Part shown: piece by piece, positions 7,915 through 16,678 of the stretch
Layout: each line of letters opens with the position of its first letter
Numbering within the stretch: position 1 is the first letter of the stretch
Assembly (NCBI GenBank): GCA_964595665.1
Contig: CAZQQS010000003.1
Span: 1,135-33,134 of the forward strand
Origin: an uncultured archaeon
GTDB taxonomy: Archaea > Iainarchaeota > Iainarchaeia > Iainarchaeales > 0-14-0-20-30-16
Length of the DNA stretch: 32,000 nt
Direction: 5' to 3'
Made by a program: the position numbers and the translations under genes
The notes under the pieces: model-generated
The model's input: only the letters and a program-made list of their open reading frames with translations
Told to the model about the DNA's origin: nothing
The model's database searches: none

Positions 7915-10263
7915 AGAATATTCTTTATCTATTATATAAGTTATATTCTTAACAAATAAGATCTTTTCTATTTCTTTTCGTTCATCATCTTCTATAGGAT
8001 ACTTTACTTTTAAAGAAATATTTTCTATTTCTGCTTTCATAGATAAATTATTTTCACTTTTGTATTTTCTAATTAAAGTAATAACTTCTTTAAAATTTTC
8101 TCCTTTTGACAATATAGTTTCATTTACGGCTTTATTTTCAGTCCAATTAAGATTTATCAAGGTATTTTCTTTTACATATTTTTTGAATATGTTTTGGTAA
8201 ATTTCTTCAGTAGTAAATGGTAAGAATATATTAAATTGATTTAGTATTTCTAAAGATACTTTGAATATTGTTGATGCTAATTCTTGTTTTTCTTTATCTG
8301 AGCCATTATAAAATCTATATTTTATAAATTCTAAATAATTATCACAAAAATCAAAGTAAAAGAAATCTCTAATTCTTTGTATAGCGTGTGAGTAATCCAT
8401 TTTTTCTAAATCTTCAATATTTAATTTATTTATAGAATATAGTTTTTCTAGTATCCAAGTATCAATAAAATTCTCTGATTTTATTTCTGGAATAGTTTCA
8501 AAATCTTTTATTGCCAAATTAACAAAATTCATTGAATTCTCTAATTTAATTATTAGTTTTCTTGCAGTTAACATTTCTTTTTCCGAGTAAGAAATATCAT
8601 CTCCTAAAGTTACTTGCGCACACCAATACCTAAAAGCATCTTTACCAAACTTATCCAATAATTCTTGAGGTGCAATAATGTTACCTTTACTTTTAGACAT
8701 TTTGTCTCCTTTAGAATCTACTACATATCCATTAATCATTAATGTATTCCAAGGTAATTTACCTAAATGATATAATGTTTTAACTATAGTATTAAATGCC
8801 CATAAAGTAATGATATCTTGACCTTGTGGTCTCATACTCATAGGAATTACATTAGAAACATCTTTATCTGGCCAACCCATATTAATTAAAGGTGTTAAAG
8901 CACTTGTAGACCAAGTATCCATTATACTTTTATCAGCTATAAATTCATTAGAGCCGCAGTCACATTTATTTTTAGGATAAGATTCTTCAGGATATATTGG
9001 TAAATCCTTAATATCTGCAAATATTGGTTTATTACATGATTTACAATACCATACAGGAAATGGAACTCCATAGAATCTATCTCTTGATATGCACCAATCC
9101 CATTGTAAATTTTTAACCCAATTATCATATCTAATTTTCATATGTTTTGGAATCCAACTAATTTTATTTGCCTCTTCTATAAAAAATTCTTTATCTTTTA
9201 AATAATCAATATACCATTGATCATTAACTAATATTTCTACAGGGCTTAAACATCTTTCATGACAGTTTACTGCGTGATTTATTTGTTTTTGATCTTTTAA
9301 TAAATTTTCTTTTTTCAAATCTTCAATTATTTCTTTTCTTGCATCTTCTATTTTTAAACCAGCATATTTTCCACAAATATCCGTCATTAGTCCATTATTA
9401 GTAATAGCTTCTTTTAAATCCAAATTATATGCTTTGTACCATTCCATATCTGTTTGATCTCCGAAAGTACAGCACATTACAATTCCTGAACCTTTATTTA
9501 TATCAACTTTATTATCGGCTAATATTTTTACTTTTTGATTAAATAAAGGTACTATTGCATTTTTTCCTATTAAATTTTTATATCTATTATCTTCTGGATT
9601 AACAAATATTGCAACACATGCGGGTAAAAATTCTGGACGAGTAGTTGCAATTATTATTTCTTTTCCATCTTCTAATTTGAAAATTAAATCATTAAAATAA
9701 GTGCTTTTCTCTAAATCTACTAATTCAGCTTGAGATATTGCTGTTTGACATTTAGTACAAAATAGAATAGGACCTTTTTTTCTATATATTTTTCCTTTAG
9801 AATATAAATCCAAAAAAGAATATTGTGCTACTCTAACAACTTCAGGAGATATAGTTCTATATAATAAATTCCAATCACAAGATAAACCCAATTTATTAAA
9901 ATCAGAGTGTAATTCTTCTTCCGCTTCCTTAGTATGTTTTAAGCATAATTCAATAAACTTACTTTTTTCTAAATCCTTAGCTCTTATTTTTGCTAATTTT
10001 TCAACTAATAATTCAGTAGCTATTCCATTATCATCTAATCCAAAAGGATAAAATACATTATAACCCATTTTTCTTTTAAATCTTGCAATAAAATCTGGCA
10101 AAACATATGAATAAGCGTGTCCAATATGCATTTTTCCAGAAACTGTTGGAGGAGGAGTATCTATACTAAATATTTTTTTAGTATTGTCTTCAATGTATTT
10201 GTATACCTTATTCTCTTTCCAAATATTTTCAACTTTAGTCTCAATTTCTTTAAAATCTTGCAT
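7906..10263 (-). CDS. valS: Valyl-tRNA synthetase (compact, 785 aa)
   Basis: Class I aaRS motifs: PPPTVSGKMHIGHAYSY (HIGH), KMSKSKGN (KMSKS), WCISRDRFYGVPFPVWYC, MDTWSTSALTP. The PPP.VSG.hHIGHA form is typical of ValRS. ATG start is preceded by GAGTGA at 5 nt. Confidence 0.88.
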   Translation of the reverse strand: MQDFKEIETKVENIWKENKVYKYIEDNTKKIFSIDTPPPTVSGKMHIGHAYSYVLPDFIARFKRKMGYNVFYPFGLDDNGIATELLVEKLAKIRAKDLEKSKFIELCLKHTKEAEEELHSDFNKLGLSCDWNLLYRTISPEVVRVAQYSFLDLYSKGKIYRKKGPILFCTKCQTAISQAELVDLEKSTYFNDLIFKLEDGKEIIIATTRPEFLPACVAIFVNPEDNRYKNLIGKNAIVPLFNQKVKILADNKVDINKGSGIVMCCTFGDQTDMEWYKAYNLDLKEAITNNGLMTDICGKYAGLKIEDARKEIIEDLKKENLLKDQKQINHAVNCHERCLSPVEILVNDQWYIDYLKDKEFFIEEANKISWIPKHMKIRYDNWVKNLQWDWCISRDRFYGVPFPVWYCKSCNKPIFADIKDLPIYPEESYPKNKCDCGSNEFIADKSIMDTWSTSALTPLINMGWPDKDVSNVIPMSMRPQGQDIITLWAFNTIVKTLYHLGKLPWNTLMINGYVVDSKGDKMSKSKGNIIAPQELLDKFGKDAFRYWCAQVTLGDDISYSEKEMLTARKLIIKLENSMNFVNLAIKDFETIPEIKSENFIDTWILEKLYSINKLNIEDLEKMDYSHAIQRIRDFFYFDFCDNYLEFIKYRFYNGSDKEKQELASTIFKVSLEILNQFNIFLPFTTEEIYQNIFKKYVKENTLINLNWTENKAVNETILSKGENFKEVITLIRKYKSENNLSMKAEIENISLKVKYPIEDDERKEIEKILFVKNITYIIDKEYSLN

Positions 10264-10319
10264 TTAAATCACTCATTTCAATATATTTATTTTAATAAAA
10301 AATCTAAGAATTTAGGGTA

Positions 10320-13300
10320 TTACAAATATGCTATTAATTGTCCTTCTTTATATTTAAAAGAACCATATATTTTATTTTCTTTAGATTTTAAGAATTCAGG
10401 GATAGGTTGTTTTTTAATAGAATCCCATAATAATCCTTTAGTAACGTGTATTATTCCTTCATTAGTTAATGCGTAACCAACATTATCAAAAAATTCTATA
10501 ATTTCCCCTTTACCAAAATTGATTATTATTCCGTTAGTTGTTTTTTCTAAAATACCTTTTTTTCCATTAATTTCGATAATATTGGTTTCAGTTAATATTT
10601 TTCTTTTTTGGTTTTGAATAAATTCAAGAATATTTCTAGAGAATTTTTTAGATAATATACTCCTTAAAAATTTATTTAATTCAGAATTTATTTTCGATCT
10701 TTCTTCAGAATTAAGTTCTACATTATTTTCTTGTTTATTAGTTTTATTTTCATTTAACATATTATTTGGATTTTTTCTTAAAGTTTCCCAAACAAAAAAA
10801 TCTAAATCTAATACTTTTTTAGGATCTAGTAATATTTCTAAAAGTTTTCTAAAATCTTTGCCAATAAATCTTGATTGATTTTCAGCAATTGTTTTCATAG
10901 ATTCTAATATTAATCTACTTCTTTCAGCTAAATCAAAGAAATCCAAATAAAAATTACTAGATTTATTTAAATCATTATTTAAGAATTCTTTTAAATTATT
11001 ATAACTTTTTTCAAATTCTTTAATATTAAATTTTTTAATTAGATCTACTATATCTTTAGAATATTCTAATCGTCTAATATTTGAACTTAAATCTGTTGCA
11101 CTTTTTAAAACTGATTCAAATTTAGATATTTCTTTTTTATTCTTAATTCCAGATAATTCCATAAATTTATCTATATTGTTTTCTTTTAACGCATTTGATA
11201 ATTCAAAAAATAAACCAGGTTCGCCTATAGTATACATGGGTTCTTCTTTAATAATTGCTTTTTTTGTTTTCTTAGGATTTAGTAATTGTTTCATTTGTTC
11301 TAAACTATCATATAACCTTTTTCCAGATAATCCTAAAACTTTATTTAAGTAATTAATTCTTTCTTGTCCAAATAAATTTCTTGCATCTGCAAATCTATTT
11401 AATATGTTCCAAGATTCTAAATCTATGTTTTCTGGATGTGTTGTTCTTTTATTTGATAACACATCTGTAATAAAACTATTTAGATTATTCGAATCAGAAA
11501 TACTTTTTTCTCTTTTTAACCAAAATAATAATTCTTGAGTTTGGCTGTCATTAAATTTATCTGGATTATCTTTTGCTTTTAAAAGAGTTTTTCCAAATTT
11601 CTCAAAACCAGCAGATAATTCTTCTAATTCTAAAACTTCTTCTTGAGTTAATTTAGTTCTTAAATGTCTTGTAGCAAAATTAATTTCTTTTGCTAAAGCA
11701 ATTATTGATTCTGGCCTAATTACTTGAATTAGTTCAAAAATACTTCTAATATTTGAGATGTTTAAATTATTGATCATTTCAAATCGTTTTATATAATTTT
11801 CTTTTTGTTGTTCAAAAGGAGTTCTGTAATCCAAATCTTTACCTATTGGATTTACTTCTCCGTTAGTTTTTGGCCTATTTTTTAATATTTTGCTTAATAT
11901 GTCTCTTGCTTTAGGTTCATCTTTTTCAAGTAATCTTCTAAAAAAATCAGACAATCTTTTTTTATCTTTTGCACCAATTTTTTTTATTTCTATTAAATAA
12001 TCTAAATGTGCATTATATTCAATCATTAATTCTATTCCTTCTCTACTTAGCTCAGAAGGTTTTTTAGCAAATCTTTCTAAACTTGTATTTTCACTTTTTA
12101 ATTCTCTAGTAGGTTTAATACTTGTTTCAGGATTAGAGTATTTTTTAACTCTTGGACGAATATCTTCGCCATTAATTGAATCTTTTAATCTAACAGGTAA
12201 ATGTTCCAATTCTCCTGGTTTTTCTATTTCTGGATATGTTGCTCTTCTTTTATTACCTTCATTAATATCTATTCTTTCATTTGTTTTTAATGAATAATCT
12301 GTTGGGAATAAATTAGAAACATCTCTAATGATTTCTCTTTCATCTATAACGTAAGGTTGAGTTTTTGCTAAATTTCTTAAATTCTTTATTAAAAATTCTT
12401 TTAATGCATCCAAATCAATTTCTTGAACTTTACCTCTTAATTTTTCAGCAGCAGTTCTTGCTTTTTGAACTTTATCTTTTAGGAATTCAGTAATAATTTG
12501 AGTTCTTGTTTTTTTAGTTTGTTTTTTAGTTTTTTGTAATATTTCTAAAACCCCTTTCCAAACATCATTAAATTCTTTGTTTTGTCTTTCTATATCTGAC
12601 ATTCGAACTAATTCTTTTCCTTTTGTAACTGGACCTTGATATTCTTTGCTATCGTATGTTGGTCTAACTTCTTTTGGAATTCGAGTATCAATAACTTCTC
12701 TTTTATTGCCTATATTTACTGGTTTATAAGTATGTATTACTCTATCACCATCAACAGTTACTATTGGATCTTCAGTTGTAGGTGTTTTTGTATTTTTAGG
12801 TTCTGGTTTTGTTGTTTCTGAGGCTTTAGGGCTAGTATTCGAACCATTTCTTTCTGTTATTCCAACAGAATTTCTTTCTGGTTTAAATTTAGGATTAAAT
12901 TTTCTTACCAATGTTAAAGTAGGATCTAATAATTGTAATAATAATTGAGTAGAATGGAATTGATTTTCTAAACTTAATCTATTTATATCAAATATTTCTC
13001 TTACAAAAAGGTTTATCGAGAATTCCATATACAAATCTTTTATTTTTATTTCTAAAGGTTTATTAGAATTTAAAATTTTAGTAATTTTATCTAAAGCACC
13101 ATATTTTTGAAATTTTTCTCTTAATATTATTACTGGGTGTTTTGTTCTATCTGCAACACTCACATTATATCCACTATTGCCTTTAAAATATTTTCTAAAT
13201 GAATCTCTTACTTCACTAGACATAGGTTTTTCAGGAGTAACTATAACTTTTGGGAATTGTGCGTGTGTAAATGAACCATAAGTTGGTTTTTTATTTGGTT

Positions 13301-13331
13301 TTCTAGAAATATTTCTGGGTTTAGGAGCCAT
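10320..13331 (-). CDS. Large (1003 aa) hypothetical cytoplasmic protein, K/E/N-rich, no recognisable domain
   Basis: Uninterrupted 3-kb ORF. ATG is preceded by GAAGGT. No signal peptide, TM segment, P-loop or other motif that I recognise. It has a basic N-terminus (MAPKPRNISRKPNKKPTYG), a Thr/Pro/Lys-rich linker (SETTKPEPKNTKTPTTEDP), a long mostly helical-looking body and a Gly-rich beta-looking C-terminus. Confidence 0.7.
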   Translation of the reverse strand: MAPKPRNISRKPNKKPTYGSFTHAQFPKVIVTPEKPMSSEVRDSFRKYFKGNSGYNVSVADRTKHPVIILREKFQKYGALDKITKILNSNKPLEIKIKDLYMEFSINLFVREIFDINRLSLENQFHSTQLLLQLLDPTLTLVRKFNPKFKPERNSVGITERNGSNTSPKASETTKPEPKNTKTPTTEDPIVTVDGDRVIHTYKPVNIGNKREVIDTRIPKEVRPTYDSKEYQGPVTKGKELVRMSDIERQNKEFNDVWKGVLEILQKTKKQTKKTRTQIITEFLKDKVQKARTAAEKLRGKVQEIDLDALKEFLIKNLRNLAKTQPYVIDEREIIRDVSNLFPTDYSLKTNERIDINEGNKRRATYPEIEKPGELEHLPVRLKDSINGEDIRPRVKKYSNPETSIKPTRELKSENTSLERFAKKPSELSREGIELMIEYNAHLDYLIEIKKIGAKDKKRLSDFFRRLLEKDEPKARDILSKILKNRPKTNGEVNPIGKDLDYRTPFEQQKENYIKRFEMINNLNISNIRSIFELIQVIRPESIIALAKEINFATRHLRTKLTQEEVLELEELSAGFEKFGKTLLKAKDNPDKFNDSQTQELLFWLKREKSISDSNNLNSFITDVLSNKRTTHPENIDLESWNILNRFADARNLFGQERINYLNKVLGLSGKRLYDSLEQMKQLLNPKKTKKAIIKEEPMYTIGEPGLFFELSNALKENNIDKFMELSGIKNKKEISKFESVLKSATDLSSNIRRLEYSKDIVDLIKKFNIKEFEKSYNNLKEFLNNDLNKSSNFYLDFFDLAERSRLILESMKTIAENQSRFIGKDFRKLLEILLDPKKVLDLDFFVWETLRKNPNNMLNENKTNKQENNVELNSEERSKINSELNKFLRSILSKKFSRNILEFIQNQKRKILTETNIIEINGKKGILEKTTNGIIINFGKGEIIEFFDNVGYALTNEGIIHVTKGLLWDSIKKQPIPEFLKSKENKIYGSFKYKEGQLIAYL

Positions 13332-13444
13332 AATAATACCTTCAAATATAAATCAATAATATATACTACAAATATATACTATAAATACTTTTATATAAAT
13401 TCCTATTTAAATATATATCTATAACTTTTATGTGAGTGATTTAT

Positions 13445-14890
13445 ATGAGTGATTTAATAAACCTAGCATTAAGAAGAAATATTTTTTATCCTTGTAATGA
13501 GATTTATTCTAATAGTCCTGCTGGATTTTATGATTATGGTCCAATAGGTTTGAAGATAAAAACAAATATTGTAGAATTTTGGAGAAATGAATTATTAAAT
13601 TCATTTGAGGCATTAGAAATAGATGGTTGTCAAATTTTACCCGAACCAATATTCAAAGCATCTGGGCATTTAGATAGTTTTTATGATCCTGTTGTTAAAT
13701 GTAGTAAATGTGGTTTATTTTATAGAGTTGATAAATTATTAGAAAGCAAAGTAGAAGTTGGAGAAAAAACTGATTTAAAAGTTTTGGATGATTTGATTGT
13801 AGAACACAAATTGAAATGTGAAAAATGTAAATCTAATTTTGAGAAATCATTTCATTTTAATATGATGTTTAAATTAAATGTTGGAGTTGGAGCAAATAAT
13901 TCTGCATATTTAAGACCCGAAGCTTGTCAAAATATTTTTTTAGATTTTTTAAGAATTTATAAAGGTTCTAGAAAGAATTTACCTTTGGCTATAGCTCAAA
14001 TAGGAAAAGCGTTTAGAAATGAAATCTCTCCGAGAAATGGATTATTAAGAACTAGAGAATTCTCGCAAATGGATATTGAATTCTTTTTTGATTCTGAGGA
14101 AATAAATAATTTTTCATTAGAGAAATATTATAATTTGGAAATACCAGTTAAATTAGTTAATAGCCCAAAAGAACAAGAGTTTTTTACCTTAAAAGAATTG
14201 TTGGATAAAAAAATATTTAAATATGGTGTAGAGGCTTATTGTATTGCTAAGAATTATGATTTCTTTAAAAAAATTGGATTTTTAACAAAGGATATAAGAT
14301 ATAGAGAAGTTTCTTCTGAAGATAGGGCATTCTATTCTTTAGCTACGTGGGATTTAGAAGTTAAATCTGAAGGAAATTGGGTAGAATTAATGGCCAATAA
14401 CTATAGAACAGATCACGATTTGAAAGGTCATCAAAAAGAATCTAAAACTTCTTTAGAGGTTTTAAGTAATGAAAAGAAAGTATTACCTCACATATTTGAA
14501 ATGTCTATGGGTACAGATAGATTATTTTATTGTTTGTTAAGTAATGCTTTGTCTACATTAAACGAAAAATCTGTTTTGAAATTAACTGCTAAAATTGCAC
14601 CTTATAATTTTGCTATATTTCCTTTAGTTAATAAAGATGGTATTAATGATTTAGCTGAAGATTTGTATAATGATTTAAAATCTAAATTTAAAGTAATTTA
14701 CGATGATAAAGGTAGTATAGGTAAAAGATATGCTAGAATAGATGAAATTGGAATAAGGTATGCTATAACTATAGATTATGATTCTAAAGAAAAAGGTATT
14801 TTAACAATTAGGGATTCTTGGACTACGAAACAAGAGAAAATAGATGTTAATTTATTAGAGAAAAAGATGGCTGAATTACTATTAAAATAA
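13445..14890 (+). CDS. glyS: Glycyl-tRNA synthetase, archaeal/eukaryotic alpha2 type (compact)
   Basis: Class II motif 2 region FRNEISPRNGLLRTREFSQMDIEFF. N-terminus FYPCNEIYSNSPAGFYDYGPIG. Cys-rich insertion CSKCGLFYRVDKLL...CEKCKS. C-terminal anticodon-binding-like GKRYARIDEIGIRYAITIDY. The track start is GTG 13436. I prefer ATG 13445, with GAGTGA 5 nt upstream. Confidence 0.9.
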   Translation: MSDLINLALRRNIFYPCNEIYSNSPAGFYDYGPIGLKIKTNIVEFWRNELLNSFEALEIDGCQILPEPIFKASGHLDSFYDPVVKCSKCGLFYRVDKLLESKVEVGEKTDLKVLDDLIVEHKLKCEKCKSNFEKSFHFNMMFKLNVGVGANNSAYLRPEACQNIFLDFLRIYKGSRKNLPLAIAQIGKAFRNEISPRNGLLRTREFSQMDIEFFFDSEEINNFSLEKYYNLEIPVKLVNSPKEQEFFTLKELLDKKIFKYGVEAYCIAKNYDFFKKIGFLTKDIRYREVSSEDRAFYSLATWDLEVKSEGNWVELMANNYRTDHDLKGHQKESKTSLEVLSNEKKVLPHIFEMSMGTDRLFYCLLSNALSTLNEKSVLKLTAKIAPYNFAIFPLVNKDGINDLAEDLYNDLKSKFKVIYDDKGSIGKRYARIDEIGIRYAITIDYDSKEKGILTIRDSWTTKQEKIDVNLLEKKMAELLLK

Positions 14891-14983
14891 CTCAAATAGT
14901 TAATATTAGTATTTATGGTAATTATTTAGCTTTAGAGTATAAAAAACCTAAGAGTAATTACTTTATTGTTAAGAAAACATAAG

Positions 14984-14990
14984 TTTTTTT
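14984..14990 (+). terminator. Oligo-T (T7) tract, the likely archaeal termination signal for glyS
   Basis: This is the first uninterrupted T7 run after the glyS stop, about 95 nt downstream. Confidence 0.35.
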
Positions 14991-15052
14991 CAAATTTGGT
15001 TTAGAAAGTTAAATAAGTTGTTTTTAAATACTGTTGTAAAGTAATACTATAA

Positions 15053-15150
15053 GAAACATTTGATATTTGATGTTTCGCCTTCCAACTTTAGGTTTGGAGC
15101 TAAACTGTTGAACAGGTCCCTGGCTCTCCAAGCCTTTCTCCTCTTTTTTT
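15053..15150 (+). ncRNA. Candidate structured RNA or terminator element: two stem-loops followed by T7, in the only relatively GC-rich non-coding patch of the window
   Basis: Hairpin 1: GAAACAT (15053-15059) pairs with ATGTTTC (15070-15076), with the loop TTGATATTTG. Hairpin 2: GGTTTGGAG (15091-15099) pairs with CTCCAAGCC (15126-15134), 9 bp including one G-U when read on the + strand, with an inner CTG/CAG mini-hairpin at 15105-15115. TTTCTCCTCTTTTTTT follows, with T7 at 15144-15150. A TATA-like TTTTTAAATA at 15021-15030 could drive it. I could not fold it into a tRNA cloverleaf. Confidence 0.25.
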
Positions 15151-15157
15151 ATTTTAT

Positions 15158-15997
15158 TTATAGTAAATCTAAAGGATTTTTTAGCTTTCTTAAGTCTTCG
15201 GTAGAGATTTGGGTATATATTTGAGTAGTAGCTATACTTGAGTGTCCTAAAAGCGTTTGTATAGCTCTTAAATTAGCCCCTTGCTCTAATAAATGTGTTG
15301 CTAAACTATGCCTTAAGCTGTGTGGGCTTATATCTTTTTTTATATTTGCTAATTTCGCACTTTCTTTTACAATTCTTTGTATACTATCTGATGAAAAAGG
15401 TTTGCCATTTAACTTAGCAAACACATATTCTGTAGAATGTTTCTTATTGTATTTTAATAAGTATTTTTTATAATCTTCAATCCAATTTTTAGATAAAATT
15501 ACTGTTCTATCTTTATTTCCTTTACCAGAAATTACTTTTGCAGTGCATTCTTCAAAATTCAAAGAATCTACTTTTAAGCTACATAATTCTGATACTCGAA
15601 GTCCAGCACTATACAACAATTCTAATATTAATCTGTTTCGGGTATCCCTAGTAAACAAAAACAATTTTTTTATTTCTTCTTTAGTTAATACGTTTGGCAA
15701 GTATTTTTCTTTTTTGGGTGCTTTAAATTCGTCCATTAGATTATTTCTCAAATAACCTTTGTATAAGAATTTTAAAATAAAGTAAATTAATGATAAAGAG
15801 GTATTAGTTAAATTATTTCGCTTTTGGGCTAGATATTTAGCCAAAAATTCGTGAACTTCTTTATTAGAGCTTTTCCAATCAATATTTTCTTTTTCTGCTT
15901 CTTTAATATAATCTTTAATATATAGTAAATATTGATCTATAGTTCTTTGAGTATATCCTTTAACAATTAATTCATTTTTTATTTTTTCTAATTCCAT
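15158..15997 (-). CDS. xerA: Tyrosine recombinase, XerA/XerC/XerD-like
   Basis: 279 aa. N-terminal SAM-like core-binding region (GYTQRTIDQYLLYIKDY). Catalytic residues in context: GLRVSELCSL (R), HSLRHSLATHLL (H-x-x-R), LGHSSIATTQIYTQ (H...Y). Size and single-copy housekeeping context fit a chromosome-dimer resolvase better than a phage integrase. Confidence 0.8.
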   Translation of the reverse strand: MELEKIKNELIVKGYTQRTIDQYLLYIKDYIKEAEKENIDWKSSNKEVHEFLAKYLAQKRNNLTNTSLSLIYFILKFLYKGYLRNNLMDEFKAPKKEKYLPNVLTKEEIKKLFLFTRDTRNRLILELLYSAGLRVSELCSLKVDSLNFEECTAKVISGKGNKDRTVILSKNWIEDYKKYLLKYNKKHSTEYVFAKLNGKPFSSDSIQRIVKESAKLANIKKDISPHSLRHSLATHLLEQGANLRAIQTLLGHSSIATTQIYTQISTEDLRKLKNPLDLL

Positions 15998-16136
15998 ACT
16001 ATAAAAACTTATAATACTTTAAATATGGTTTCTTTATACATAAATATTTGTTTGAAGAAAAATAATCTTAATTTAGTGAAAAAATAAGCTATTATTTAGA
16101 GTTATACTAATAAAATTAGAAAATTGTGAAGGAATT

Positions 16137-16164
16137 TTACGGCATAATAATGATTATGCCGATT
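16137..16164. other. dif-like recombinase target candidate (11-6-11 layout; perfect 8-bp inverted arms around a 6-bp spacer)
   Basis: TTACGGCATAA TAATGA TTATGCCGATT. CGGCATAA (16140-16147) is the exact reverse complement of TTATGCCG (16154-16161). The inner CATAA / TTATG half-sites match those of E. coli dif (GGTGCGCATAA TGTATA TTATGTTAAAT). It lies about 140 bp upstream of the xerA start, in an otherwise AT-only spacer. Confidence 0.35.
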
Positions 16165-16229
16165 TATTGCAAATTAAAGCTAAAAATAAGAAAATAGGTT
16201 GTTCTAGATAAAAGATTATGTAGATAAGG

Positions 16230-16589
16230 TTACTTATCTACTTTTATTATAAAATCTTTTCTATATTCTTTATCCACATATTCATAATTTTCGCTATGTT
16301 CGAAAATTATTAATCTTGCGGGATAATCTTTAACTTCTGTTTTTGCAGCTTTAGGGAAAACATCAAAATAAAAAAGTTTAGTTTCGTTAGGTTTAATTAA
16401 TCCTAATTTTTTCTCTAATATGTTAGCTAATCCTGTTCTTTCTACACTTAAATCTTTACTAACTAAAAATTTTACAGATAAGTTTTTTTCTTTATCTGAT
16501 GTATTAGTAACTTCTGTTCTTACAGACACTGGTTTTTTTGTACTTAATACTAATCTAAATGGAAATAATACTGTTTTTATATTTAACAT
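16230..16589 (-). CDS. Hypothetical small protein (119 aa), beta-rich looking
   Basis: ATG is preceded by AGGTGA with a 4-nt spacer (reverse complement of 16590-16603). No motif recognised. The hairpin TAGATAAG/CTTATCTA (16221-16240) spans its stop codon. Confidence 0.5.
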   Translation of the reverse strand: MLNIKTVLFPFRLVLSTKKPVSVRTEVTNTSDKEKNLSVKFLVSKDLSVERTGLANILEKKLGLIKPNETKLFYFDVFPKAAKTEVKDYPARLIIFEHSENYEYVDKEYRKDFIIKVDK

Positions 16590-16678
16590 CCTCTCACCTT
16601 ATGTATACCAAATATATATTATTTAACTCAATAAATAGAAAGCTACAAATATTTAAAAGCTTTGTGTATAAAATTACT

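Noticed and set aside
8937-9128. 63-aa minus-strand ORF inside valS in another frame
   Set aside because: It is nested out of frame within a well-supported aaRS gene. It has low-complexity sequence and no start signals.
10117-10476. 119-aa + strand ORF spanning the valS 5' end and the 3' end of the 1003-aa gene
   Set aside because: It is antisense to two supported genes and crosses their promoter spacer. The composition is that of an AT-rich artefact.
12636-12821. 61-aa + strand ORF antisense to the 1003-aa gene
   Set aside because: It is an antisense shadow ORF made of Phe/Ile/Cys-rich nonsense with no start signals.
15075-15140. Possible tRNA, tRNA fragment or att site next to the recombinase gene
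   Set aside because: I could not build a cloverleaf on either strand: no acceptor-stem complementarity and no GTTC-type T-arm. I also found no second copy of the segment that would mark an integrated element. It is kept only as a generic structured element.
15543-15755. 70-aa + strand ORF antisense to xerA
   Set aside because: It is a shadow ORF inside a recombinase gene whose catalytic motifs are intact on the other strand.
15158-15997. Tyrosine recombinase as the marker of a prophage or integrative element
   Set aside because: Both flanks are housekeeping genes (glyS, dtdA). No phage, plasmid or cargo genes are present and I saw no flanking direct repeats. The size and motifs fit chromosomal XerA.
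16420-16678. The 68-aa + ORF (16420..16626) and the 40-codon N-terminal extension of the dtdA ORF (16559..16678)
   Set aside because: Both overlap the divergent minus-strand gene 16230..16589, which has a perfect AGGTGA-4-ATG start. The extension encodes hydrophobic nonsense and covers the promoter region.
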